Source of the DNA: Lytechinus pictus
Lineage: Eukaryota
DNA: 64,000 nt
Assembly: GCF_037042905.1 (NCBI RefSeq)
Contig: NC_087245.1
Location: 6,202,001 to 6,266,000 of the forward strand
Direction of reading: 5' to 3'
In this document: piece by piece, positions 22,239 to 33,232 of the stretch
Layout: every line of letters begins with the position of its first letter
How positions within the stretch are numbered: the stretch's first letter is position 1
Position numbers and translations under genes: made by a program
Notes under the pieces: generated by a model
Database searches by the model: none
What the model was told of the DNA's origin: nothing
What the model saw: the letters and a program-made list of their open reading frames with translations, nothing else

Positions 22239-25200
22239 ATGGTTAATATATTTCAATGGAACGCCCAATCCATGAATGCTCATGGCTTTAATTTTTATGA
22301 AAGTATAATACAGAATGTCTCTATCCAAGAGAAACCTGGGATAGTATGTATTCAGGAAACATGGTACGATGAATATAATATGTTACATTTTCCTCATTAT
22401 CATTTAGTAAAGAAGAATAGACACGACAAACGTGGAGGTCTTGCTATATATCTGCACGAATCTATAGCATTCCGGGTTATAAATACCCCAGAGATCAGTG
22501 AATATATTATTGTGGATATATATTTACAAAACAATACGTTTTCTCTCGTAAATTTTTACAACCCTTGTAAAAAAATCAGTCACACTCTGCTTGATGAAAT
22601 AATGAAAAATTGTAAAGAACAGGTTATAGTGTGTGGAGATTTTAACTCCCATAATCCACTGTGGGGGAGCACCACTTTGGACGTTAATGGTAAGACTGTC
22701 GAAGACTTCATGAATAAATATGATCTTGTCCTTCTTAATGATGGTTCCCCAACCAGGTTGGACCCAAGAAGTGGGGGAAAATCCTCTTTGGATCTTACTT
22801 TTATATCCAAGGAAACCAGCGGTTATACTCACTGGGCGGTCTCTGGACATAACTTTGGAAGTGACCACTTTGTCATCAATTTTAGTATCAATAGAGGTAT
22901 TAAGGACATGTTTGAAATAAAGTATACATACAGTGTTTCCCAGAGTAGAAAACAGGCAAAAATAAATTGGAAGTGGTATAAGATGGAAATGGAATCCAGA
23001 TTTGAGAATATAAAAGACAAATACTCGGAGTTAGATATACAAGGTAAATATGATTTACTTGTAGACTTAATGCTTGCCTCTTTTGATAAACAAAGAAAAA
23101 AGACTATAAAAAAACATTTCGATAAATCACCGGTACCTTGGTGGAACAGAGAATGTTTTAGAGCATCAAAAGAAAGAAATAAAGCTAAAAACAGATTCAT
23201 GTATAAAACATTTCTTTTTGAGGATTTTGAAAAATACTTGATTAAAAAAAGGGAGGCACAGGCAGTTTTCAGAAAAGCAAAAAGAGAATATTGGAAAAAT
23301 TACTGTGCCAAACTTAATAGAATGGTAAGTATAGGTTCTGTTTGGAAAAGGATAAAAGGTATAAAAGAAGGTTGTAAATCTAAGATACCGGATTTGATCC
23401 TAAATAACGGAAAAACTATTGCTAAATCGGCAGAAGAAAAAGCACTCATTTTTCTTCAATGTTTTAACCGTATTGATTCAAACCTAGACAAGTCAGAAGT
23501 AAACAGGAGAAAAAAGATTGAGAACATAATCATGAACAATATTGAAAAGGTAAGTACTAATCGAGAAAATGTACTAAATGACAATTTTAACATGAGTGAA
23601 TTACAAGGTGCTATTAATGAAATCAAGGACACTGCGCCAGGTAAGGATGATGTCCAAGCAAAAATGATATGGAACCTTCCAGGTAAGATAATTGACATTA
23701 TGTTAGATTTATTTAATGAAATATGGGATAAGAGCTTATTGCCATATCAATGGTCAGAAGCTATACAAATTCCAATCCTTAAAAAAGGAAAGGATGCTTC
23801 CAATCCAGCATCTTCTCGTCCAATTTCCCTTACACCATTATTATGTAAATTGATGGAAAGATTAATAAAAAACAGAATGAATTGGTATATAGAGAAAAAC
23901 AATATCATCACCCTTATCCAATCTGGATTCAGGAAAGAAAGAAGTACTACAGATCATATCATAAGGTTGGAAACGGATATTAACAAGGCAATGGTTAATA
24001 GAGAATATACAGTCGTTATTTTCTTAGACCTACAGAAGGCCTATGATTTAGTACGGAGACAGGGTATAGTAAGCAAAATATATGAATTGGGCTTTGATGG
24101 AAGAATTTTGCGTTGGATAAATGCTTTTTTATCTAAAAGAATGTGTCAAGTAAAGATCCATGACCACCTTTCGGTACAGCAAAACGTTGAGATGGGAATA
24201 ATGCAAGGGAGTGTAATAAGTCCTTTATTATTCAACTTTATGATTAATGATCTGCATAAAATACAAGACGTAGTAGAGATTTCAGTTTTTGCAGACGATA
24301 TATGTTTATGGTTTTCCCACAGGAACCCCTCTTTCATTATAAAGAAACTGGAGACAGCAATTGTTTTAATCCAGGAATGGTGTAAAACATGGGGGATGCA
24401 TATTTCCTCCTCCAAATCTGTAGCAGTTTCTTTTGGTAGGAAAAAAGACTTCAAATTTGACCTAAGAATCAAAAATGAAAAAATTCCAATAAATAAAGAA
24501 GACAAGTTCTTAGGAGTATGGTTTGACTCGAAACTGACTTGGTCAAAACACATAAACGAAGTAGTAGTAAAATGTAAAAAAAGACTCAATCTCTTAAATT
24601 GTATAGCTGGCACCGATTGGGGCCAAAAATCTGACATCTTATTTTTGGTGTATAAAGGTTTAATTAGATCAGTATTGGACTACGGTTGCGAGGCCTATGA
24701 CGGAGCTTGTGGTAATCTGAAAAAGAAATTAGACTCTATTCAATATCAAGCCTTAAAAATCATCACGGGAGCAGCACACCAAACATCTTTAAATGCTTTA
24801 CAAGTGGAATGCAACGAAATTTCACTACAGGCACGAAGAAGTATGTTTGTAGATAAATATTACCTAAAGGCGGCAAAAGAAACGCATCCCACAAAAAGAA
24901 TATTATTGCCATGTTGGCAGTACGAAATAATTACAGGAAAAACAGGAGAAGGTCCGTTTGTCAAAAGGATAAGAAATCAAATAAAGGATGATATTCAAAA
25001 ACAGGTAGACTGTGCTCCAAGAAGACCTTTTTGGCACTACAAAACACCAAATGTTTCTACGATTATCAAAGAACATATTAATAAGAAATTTACATCACCG
25101 TTAGAGTCTAAATCATATGCTAATGAAATAATTACGAAGAAATGGTCCCATGTCCTCAGAATCTATACAGATGCTTCCAGGTTACAAGACGGACGAACAG

Positions 25201-25988
25201 GTTCAGCTTTTTACATACCGAAGTTACAAGTAAGAAAAAAGTTCAGATTATGTAAAGTCAACATTATGAGAGCTGAACTGTCAGCGATTATTATGGACTT
25301 AGAATGGGTAGAGGAATATCTTCCAATAGCAGTAGTAATTTTATCTGACTCATGTTCTGCTTTAGAAGCCATAAAAAATTTCCAGGAAAGTAGTATGATA
25401 GTTGAAATATATGAAAAATTAATGATAATAAACAGATTTGGAATAGAAGTGAATTTCGAATGGGTACCAGCACACTGTGGCCTAGCAGGCAATGAGGAAG
25501 CAGACGCTTTAGCAAAACATGCGGCTTCAAAAAATAACATTGATGTTTACATTAACAAAAATAAACAAGAATACTTGAGTGAAAGGTCAGATTTTTATAA
25601 AAATGAATGGCAGAGTTCATGGGAAAACACGGAAAAAGGTAGCCACCTTTTTAACATACAACCAGAGGTGAAATATAAATGTATTATAAAAGGTTTTTGC
25701 AGGAAAGATGAACGAATATTGCATCAATTCCGTCATGGTAAATGCAGATTAAATTATTATAATTATATAATGAAAAAACACGATACAGGACTTTGTAATA
25801 ATTGTCAAACACATGAAACCATTGAGCATTTCATGTTATTTTGTCCTTTATATGCCAGACAAAGGGATCGACTTTATCGCAAATTGAAAGTTACGAACCC
25901 GAACCTAAAGACATTATTAGCCAAAGAAGAAAATTTTCCGGCCATTTTAGCCTTTATAAAAGGCAGCGGAAAATATAACCAACTGTAG
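22239..25988 (+). CDS. LINE ORF2: AP endonuclease, reverse transcriptase, RNase H, C-terminal CCHC (frame open from 22059)
   Basis: FQWNAQS, CIQETW, CGDFNSH, GSDHF; QSGFRKERST, FLDLQKAYD, QGSVISP, FADD; IYTDAS, AEL, LSDS, WVPAHCGLAGNEEAD; CNNCQTHETIEHFMLFC. Confidence 0.95.
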   Translation: MVNIFQWNAQSMNAHGFNFYESIIQNVSIQEKPGIVCIQETWYDEYNMLHFPHYHLVKKNRHDKRGGLAIYLHESIAFRVINTPEISEYIIVDIYLQNNTFSLVNFYNPCKKISHTLLDEIMKNCKEQVIVCGDFNSHNPLWGSTTLDVNGKTVEDFMNKYDLVLLNDGSPTRLDPRSGGKSSLDLTFISKETSGYTHWAVSGHNFGSDHFVINFSINRGIKDMFEIKYTYSVSQSRKQAKINWKWYKMEMESRFENIKDKYSELDIQGKYDLLVDLMLASFDKQRKKTIKKHFDKSPVPWWNRECFRASKERNKAKNRFMYKTFLFEDFEKYLIKKREAQAVFRKAKREYWKNYCAKLNRMVSIGSVWKRIKGIKEGCKSKIPDLILNNGKTIAKSAEEKALIFLQCFNRIDSNLDKSEVNRRKKIENIIMNNIEKVSTNRENVLNDNFNMSELQGAINEIKDTAPGKDDVQAKMIWNLPGKIIDIMLDLFNEIWDKSLLPYQWSEAIQIPILKKGKDASNPASSRPISLTPLLCKLMERLIKNRMNWYIEKNNIITLIQSGFRKERSTTDHIIRLETDINKAMVNREYTVVIFLDLQKAYDLVRRQGIVSKIYELGFDGRILRWINAFLSKRMCQVKIHDHLSVQQNVEMGIMQGSVISPLLFNFMINDLHKIQDVVEISVFADDICLWFSHRNPSFIIKKLETAIVLIQEWCKTWGMHISSSKSVAVSFGRKKDFKFDLRIKNEKIPINKEDKFLGVWFDSKLTWSKHINEVVVKCKKRLNLLNCIAGTDWGQKSDILFLVYKGLIRSVLDYGCEAYDGACGNLKKKLDSIQYQALKIITGAAHQTSLNALQVECNEISLQARRSMFVDKYYLKAAKETHPTKRILLPCWQYEIITGKTGEGPFVKRIRNQIKDDIQKQVDCAPRRPFWHYKTPNVSTIIKEHINKKFTSPLESKSYANEIITKKWSHVLRIYTDASRLQDGRTGSAFYIPKLQVRKKFRLCKVNIMRAELSAIIMDLEWVEEYLPIAVVILSDSCSALEAIKNFQESSMIVEIYEKLMIINRFGIEVNFEWVPAHCGLAGNEEADALAKHAASKNNIDVYINKNKQEYLSERSDFYKNEWQSSWENTEKGSHLFNIQPEVKYKCIIKGFCRKDERILHQFRHGKCRLNYYNYIMKKHDTGLCNNCQTHETIEHFMLFCPLYARQRDRLYRKLKVTNPNLKTLLAKEENFPAILAFIKGSGKYNQL

Positions 25989-26621
25989 AGAATATATGAA
26001 CATACATATATGTGCATGTACTAATACATGTGAATACCTATATATGAGGCTGGTTACTAATTTGTTGTTGTGTGTATATATTCAGGCTTATTTTTAGGCC
26101 GATTTTGTAGTAGTATGTCACATTATACTGTATATATATAAATAGGGAGGAAAAAAAGAGAATTTAAAAAAGACAACAAAACATTTATATCTTGAGATTC
26201 TATTGGAAATTCCATATAGATACAATTTTCTTTCTACTTCTGTTTCTACATTTTTAATGAACCAAAGATATTGAGTAAGGAGCGCTTATAAATGCTTTTG
26301 AAAGACACATTATTAAAACTTATAAACTAACACCCACATCCATGAAAGGAAACACAAGCACGAGTACTAACTGTTAAATCTAACAAACGGTGTTAAACAA
26401 AAAACTCATAAGATTTGAATACTAACAAAACGCCTTTCCTCGGTGAATCTATATCTCACACACAGTGCAATTAATAGCAAAATCGAATGACTAGAGCTGT
26501 ACAGGGGAGGGTGGAATCCCTCTCGCTTAGCCTGGCGGAAATCATCGGATATCGATGGATAGCGCCACTTCACACTAAACTCAACCAACCAACCAACGGG
26601 TAATAGAGCCGTCGATTAGTA

Positions 26622-27095
26622 TAGTGAGTGATTGTATTACCGACCGGCCTTGTATTACCGAACGCGCGCATCATATGCATCAGAAAATAATTTTATACGC
26701 TCAAAATTTTGCAACATCCTTCCAAAGAGAACATGAATAGAAAGATGATGAAAATTGTAAAAAACACATTTTCAAAGTCTTAATATTCTAAAAATAATTA
26801 AATATGGTCAAAATAGCTCATAAGTGATTTTGCTGTTTTCTCAACTTTTCCCATAGAAAACACACGTTCGGTAATACGATATCTTTTTAAGTGACCAAAA
26901 TATTTCACATGCGAAGAGGGGTCCGATTGGAAGCTAATATCGTAAAAAATAAAAAAGATTTCGGCAAAATTTTTACATATTTATATTTTGTAGGTAATTG
27001 TGTATTTATGGTGAAAGTTTGGTGAATTTTATGAGAATAATGTGTTTGATATGATTGAATTCATGAAAAGTGTTCGGTAATACGATCCACTACCA
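26622..27095. mobile_element. MITE with TA target duplication
   Basis: Imperfect TIR TAGTGAGTGATTGTATTACCGA / TCGGTAATACGATCCACTACCA; internal GTATTACCGA repeats; TA at 26620-21 and 27096-97. Confidence 0.7.
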
Positions 27096-27150
27096 TACCT
27101 CCGGCCCCGATCGACGGGCCGGTCCTAATTTCCTATGACACCGGCGCTCC

Positions 27151-27593
27151 TAGACAGCTGGCAGCCGTCTGTTTTGAGGAGTTTTTTAACATTTTTTTTT
27201 TAAGTTCTCCTCATACACAGACGGCTCGCTAGCGTGCAGCCACCATTAGGGGACTTGCAATGCAAAATCCCCCCGTCGGGGCTCTTCAATTTTTGTCTTT
27301 AATCAATAAACATTTTGAAAATTAATGCGACCAAAATGCAAATTGATATTCCCTCTTGGCATTAATTGCCAAGAAACGGCGAAAAATCGAGTTAAAAGGA
27401 ACAAAAACAGTGACTTACCTCGGCTGTCGCGCAAATTCACTTCCCCGTTTTATCCGATCTTAAGTACATAAACATATGGCCATTGAGTCCCCTGTACAGA
27501 TCGCGCTAGAACTTCGGTCTCTGTATTTGGTGAGTGAAGCCAACGGAGTTCAGCTGAACAACCAACATAACAGAGACCGAAGCTTTTGGTCTA
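27151..27593. mobile_element. TAGAC...GTCTA element with 9-bp TSD and a hairpin at each end
   Basis: CGGCGCTCC at 27142-27150 and 27594-27602; internal stems GCCGTCTGT..GAGGAG/CTCCTC..ACAGACGGC and CTTCGGTCTCTGT/ACAGAGACCGAAG. Confidence 0.8.
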
Positions 27594-28110
27594 CGGCGCT
27601 CCCTGGGTTAGTGGCGAGCACTCATCCTAGTTCCTACGTCTACGATTTACGAACGAGGGTGATCACTGACACTTGTTTATTGACTGAGAAAGATCTCAAT
27701 TCTAATTTAAAAAATGAATTAAAACACTTTGAGCTTTCCATCGACAGCTAAATAATCAGTACATCATCCAGATTATAATACTTACATCTCATGTTAGGGT
27801 ATTGGAAATCAAATATGCGTCATTACATTCATGACAAGCGTCACTTCTTCCAACTGTATCCATAGCAATTTAGCTGGGGCGGTATGATATGGTACCGTAC
27901 CCGTACTCCCGGTACGGTACTGTTATTTCCCAGCTAGCTGTCGTCGGGGGAAAAGAAAGAAATAAGGAAAGGAAAAGGGGTGAAAATATTGAATGTCATT
28001 ATTTTCCAAAGACTAAATGAGGGTAAAAATATTTTGCATTCTCGTTTCGCTCCCTCGTGGCTTTTTAACTACGGCCCCTAGAAACAAAGGATTTGGGCGC
28101 CTGCCCCCTC

Positions 28111-28992
28111 CCCGGGGGGGGGGGGGCACTTACATTGACGAGTGGATACCAATTGTGCGACCAAAAAAAAAACACGTAAAAATGATGTCATTTTCAAGAT
28201 AGGGCACGTTACGTACAAAAACACAACAATAATGAAAAAAGGGCCCTATCGATCTGTTTACAGGAAAGCTAGTTACGTGTTTAGGGTCAAATTTGCGGGG
28301 ATGATAAAACAAGATTCAAATGTTTTATAAATTAAAGGATATTTGCCCCAACACTAACGTGTTTAGAGTCTGTTGCGCGAGGTGTTGAAGGCCGGGGCCG
28401 TACTAATAAACCAAATGTTGTGTGAGGTAAAACCGTCGACGACCGCGACGACATAATAAAATATCGCTGTACTTGCATGTTTAGGGGTTCATTTCAGGAA
28501 TACTTTCAAAGAGTATATCGTTTTTTTTCCAATACTAATTATTAAGGGGTGCATATGGAAAATACGTGTTTAGTGTGCCTTTCGAGACCCCATGTTCGCG
28601 CATGGTATCCACTCGTCAATTAGTCCAGATTGGACCTTGTTGTTTGGAAGTGCCTTTTCCCAAAGCTAACATAGAGGGCACATGTCTCCCAATCTCTAAT
28701 CAGCGCCAATCCACTCATCTTCCCTCCCCACTTGTACTTGTACTGGACCTTGGTGGGGAGGGAAGATGAGTGGATTGGCGCTGATTAGAGATTGGGAGAC
28801 ATGTGCCCTCTATGTTAGCTTTGGGAAAAGGCACTTCCAAACAACAAGGTCCAGGAAGATGAGTGGATTGGCGCTGATTAGAGATTGGGAGACATGTGCC
28901 CTCTATGTTAGCTTTGGGAAAAGGCACTTCCAAACAACAAGGTCCAATCTGGACTACTCGTCAATGGACTCGTGCCCCGGCCCCCCCCCCCC
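28111..28992. mobile_element. MITE with CCCGGGG...GCACT terminus, right TIR split by a younger insertion
   Basis: CATTGACGAGTGGATACCA (~28133-28151) pairs with TGGTATCCACTCGTCAAT (28603-28620), which resumes after 28965. Confidence 0.7.
28621..28956. mobile_element. Fold-back TAG...CTA element with 9-bp TSD and a duplicated arm
   Basis: TAGTCCAGATTGGACC / GGTCCAATCTGGACTA; CTCGTCAAT at 28612-28620 and 28957-28965; 93-bp tandem duplication starting 28761 and 28854. Confidence 0.9.
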
Positions 28993-29126
28993 TCACACAT
29001 CACTTTTCAGAACCAACTGACGCCAATTTGGTGATGGGGGGGGGGGCTAATTTCACCGAGTGATCGAGCGACAATTAATAAGCCGCCTTTAATGCTGCCT
29101 TTCTTAATTTCTTTCACTTTCAAGAA

Positions 29127-29700
29127 AGGACAAGACCACCCGAACAAAAGTTGATTTGAATGAAAAGTCCAATAAGCCGAACACTGAAAACTATTTCATA
29201 AAAATCGGATGTATTATAGAAAGTTATGACATTTAAAAGTTTTGCTTTCTAGTAATTCACAAACCAGTTCAGTTATATGCACATCCTAGTGGATATGCAA
29301 ATGAGGAGAATGATGACGTCATCCACTCACTATTGAAATAGGTAATATTTCTCCTCATTGTCAAGTGAAACAACAATTAATTCCTCCCTGAACATGTAAA
29401 ATGAGCATATTATGATTCAGTCAAGTTAATTGGCCCTTATTGTCAAATTAATCTATGTGTAAAAAAAATGAAATATTGTATAATTCAAACAATAAAAAAG
29501 AAATAGTGAGTGAGGGACATCATCGACTGTCTCATTTGAGTTGCATTATTGTTATGTGAAAAAATTATTGATTGAAATTTTTAAATGTCATAATTTTCTT
29601 ATTTTACATCCGATTTTGATGAAATTTCAGCACTTTACTAGTTTGATTTTTTTATATTTATTCACGGTATGTTATGAATCAGTTATTTTACAGGTGGAAC
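29127..29700. mobile_element. Kolobok-like MITE, degraded copy
   Basis: Similar to 56036-56628 in inverted orientation; right end approximate. Confidence 0.65.
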
Positions 29701-31566
29701 CTTGATACATTAGTTAGCTATGATAGAGGCCCGTTTATGAAATAAAGTGAGTTATGTTACCTCACTGTATTCACTGCAAGAAGCAATAAAATTTCGGAAT
29801 AGGCCCTACCTATTACCACTAAATGCACGGCAGTCAAATATTTCTGAAAATCTGATGATATCTATTTTTCTTTATTTATTGAGCAGTTCGGGGTGGGGTT
29901 CGATCGCTTGTCACTTCGAAAAAATAATATAAGGAGAAAACATGACCTAACATGCACTAATTTTCATCTACATAATTGTACTGCTTTTCCGTCCGTTTTC
30001 TTAACCCCTTCCTGCCTTTTATGTAGGCCTATATATTCTATTCATATTCATATATCTTTTTGTTATTTTAGGAGACCTTCCCTCACAAGTCCTCCCATTC
30101 CATATTATACATGCTAATTATACTCTGTGTATGAAGCATGCGGCCTACTCTACGATGTAGGCCTATACTCATTGAAAGGAATAAAATGTATAATTCAAGT
30201 GAACTGAACTGAATCATAAGAAATAGAACATAATTATGGGCCTCCGGCAGATCATAAAAAAATTCTATAAAGCTGCAAGCAAGCAAAAACGAGCGAGCCA
30301 AAATTTTGACATTTTTTATATGAAGCTAATTTTGACATTGTAGGCCTATTCATTTCACCATTTTTCCTTTCTTTTTTTCTCTCTTTTTTCCTTGGTCGTG
30401 GAAATTTGGAGGTTCATTGCTCAAAGCCCCTACCCCATCTATACACCAGAGCTATAAAAAAAAATGCATGATTTTTTGGTGAAAATTATCTAAACAACAG
30501 TTATGAAACCTAGATCTCTGTGTAACTAATCGATATTAGAACAATGCCTCACTGTTCACCAATGTTCTTAACTTGATAGAAATGCAAATAGAAAGTGGTT
30601 CACGTTTTGTGAGTATGTGCCAGCTAGTGAACAACGAAATTATGCGTTTGCTTTATCAACAAATTGCTTTTAAATCAAGAGTCTGTTTTATGAGTTTAAC
30701 ATTCAAAATTTGAATTGAAAGCAGAAGTTTCTTAAATAAACATAGAAAACAAAGGTGGTGATATTTTTGGGGTTTTATGCTCTTATTGTTCTTTCAATTT
30801 GCATTGTTCATTATGTCCAATCTATTTAGCATTTTTAGTGAACCATGAATTTGGCATTATATGTCAGAAAAAAACTATTGTTTTCATGTTTGTGTGGTTC
30901 TAGAAACATCAAGGTAACATTCAAACGCATGTTTACAGTATATTTATCGTACTGTCACTGAGAGTTTTCTCAGAAACCCAAAAATATAGTTTGTGGAGTT
31001 ATTTTTTTCTTTATTATGCATGTAGTACACCTTCTATGTTGTATATAAGTTACTTCTTCCCAGCTTTTTCAGTTTTGTCATTTTTTATGTAAAGGGACAC
31101 TTCAGGCTGAAAATAATACGATTAAATTTGAACAGATAAAGAAAAATCAGACAAACAAAACACTTATTGATCAAAATCGGACAAGGAATTACAAAGTTAT
31201 ATGACATTTTAAAGATTTTATTTGGGTGAAACAGTTCTATGCATGTCTTCATGAATATGCAACGAGCAAATTAATGATGTAAAATCCCCATTTGTTCTTT
31301 TGTATTTTATTACATGCTTATTTAAAAATTTTAATTTAAGAATGAAAAAATAATTATAATTTCATGGTATAACATTAGCAAAAGGAAAAGTAGGGATATA
31401 TGACATCATGCAGCCTACCTTGAATTGAATATTCATGACGATGAGCATAAAACCGTCTTCACAAAATACTTCTAAACATTTTGAACATTCAAGAAATTCA
31501 TTTTTTGTTTTCAGAATTTGATGGAATTTTCAGCATTTTGGTTTGTGTATGGACTTTATCATGTAA

Positions 31567-32137
31567 AGGTCAAGTCCAATAATGTTGATTTGAATAAATG
31601 GAGAAAAATCAAATTAGCATAATGCTGAAAATTTCATCAAATTCGGATATAAAACAAGAAAGTTATGTCATATTAAAGTTTCGCTTATTCACAAAATAGA
31701 GATATGCACAATTCAGTGACATGCAAATGAGATAGTCGATGATGTCCCTCACTCACTATTTCTTTTTTTTATTGTTTGAATTTAATACAATATTTCCTTT
31801 TTTCCTTCTTCTTACAGATTTGGCAATAAGGGCCAACTTGACTGAACCACATAGTATTAAACAATGCTAATTCCACATGTTCAGGGAAGAATTATCGTTG
31901 TTTCACTTGACAATGACTGAGGAGAAAATTATAATATTTTATATAATAAAATACAAAACAAATAGTGAAGGCATTTGCATACCCATCAGGATGTGAATAT
32001 AACTGTTTTGTGAAATCAAGCGAAACTTTAAAATGTCAAAACTTTTTTATATTTTACATCCGATTTTGATGAAATTATGCTTGTTTGATTTTTCTCTTTT
32101 TATTTGAATTAACTTTTTGTTGGAATGGACTTGTCCT
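31567..32137. mobile_element. Kolobok-like MITE
   Basis: AGGTCAAGTCCA / TGGACTTGTCCT|TTAA; colinear with 56036-56628. An older relative lies at ~31091-31560. Confidence 0.75.
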
Positions 32138-32149
32138 TTAAAGTCATGT

Positions 32150-32270
32150 TGTATTGGCAAATTCGAAACATTTCTGACCGTCTTTGCCGCATACCTTGTA
32201 CTTCTAGGTACCAAAATTCATTCCTACCTCAAGCAGTGAAGATAATCAATGATCTGAAACTTGTTTAATT
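32150..32270 (+). mobile_element. Tiny 3' remnant of a Rex1/Babar-like LINE
   Basis: Translates SRYQNSFLPQAVKIINDLKLV*, resembling the RxxNSFxPxAxxxxN ORF2 C-terminus. Confidence 0.4.
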
Positions 32271-32631
32271 TCATTTCTAGCTTGTATCTTTTGTTGATGA
32301 ACAGTACTTTCCCATTTTCTCCCTCTTTCCCTTTTCTCTCTCCTCATTTCTGTCTTTTATTTCTATTTTTCTTCTTTATCCTTCAGTCTTCTGTTATTCT
32401 TTCTTTCTTTTCTCTTTCCTCACTTGGGTATATATGAAATTATCAGTTTGCTCACTGAATATTCAGGAAGACAAGCATACAGATATTTCACCAAAGTACT
32501 GCCAATATTCAAAATGTCATAACTTTGTTATTCCATGTCAAATTTTCTTTATCTGTTCAAATCATTTTTATTTTAAGCCTGTTTTGGAGTACCCCATTAA
32601 TAAATAATAATAACAATAATATTAATAAATA

Positions 32632-33065
32632 ATAAGTGGAGCACCTCTGGCAGTCTCGCCTGCATTACGCGATTCAATAAAGCAGCTGCAGTGCTGACTT
32701 TAAAAACTACTATAAATTATTAACAAAAACACCATTCATATGTGATATACAACGTTCATTGACCCTAAATGACATTTGACCTTGATCATGTGACCTCAGA
32801 CTTGTCAATGATACTTGATTAACCCTATGTCCACATTTCATTAAGTATATCCATAAACTTTCAAAGTTATGATGGCAATTCAACAATTACCCCCAACATG
32901 GATGAAGTTCATTGACCTTAAATGACATTTGACCTTGGTTATGTGGTCTGAAACTCAAAAGGGATTTTTAGTGATACTTGATTACCATACTCTTTATGTC
33001 CAAGTTTTATTAACTAGATCCATAAACTTTCAGTTATGATGGCGATTCAACAAATACCCCAAACA
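32632..33065 (-). mobile_element. Diverged HINE copy with about 2 tandem units
   Basis: Same terminus (AAGTGGAGCACCTCTGGCAGTCTCGCCTGCAT) and same repeat unit as 11601-12900. Confidence 0.8.
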
Positions 33066-33087
33066 TTCAAGGAATTTCTTCCTTTCA

Positions 33088-33232
33088 AGTACCCATTCAT
33101 CTAACCTGGGTTGAGTGCAGCACAATGTGGATAAATTTCTTGCTGAAGAAAATTACAACATGGCTGGGATTCAAACCCACGACCCTCTGTTTCAAAGTTA
33201 GAAGACTAATCCACTGGACCACAACGCTCCAC
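33088..33232 (-). mobile_element. tRNA-derived SINE
   Basis: Minus strand GTGGAGCGTTGTGGTCCAGTGG (A box)...GGTTTGAATCCC (B box). Confidence 0.7.

Larger units (their letters stand above)
20198..26595 (+). mobile_element. Full-length non-LTR retrotransposon, I group (Nimb-like)
   Basis: ORF1 with zinc knuckles, ORF2 APE-RT-RNase H, 3' end TAAACT(CAAC)n; ACGGG at 20193-20197 and 26596-26600 as candidate TSD. Confidence 0.9.

Noticed and set aside
27871..27936. Third TAG...CTA element with 9-bp TSD
   Set aside because: The hairpin is real but flanks show no duplication.
28566..29020. ORFs with repeated peptides on both strands
   Set aside because: Explained by the fold-back element and its duplicated arm.
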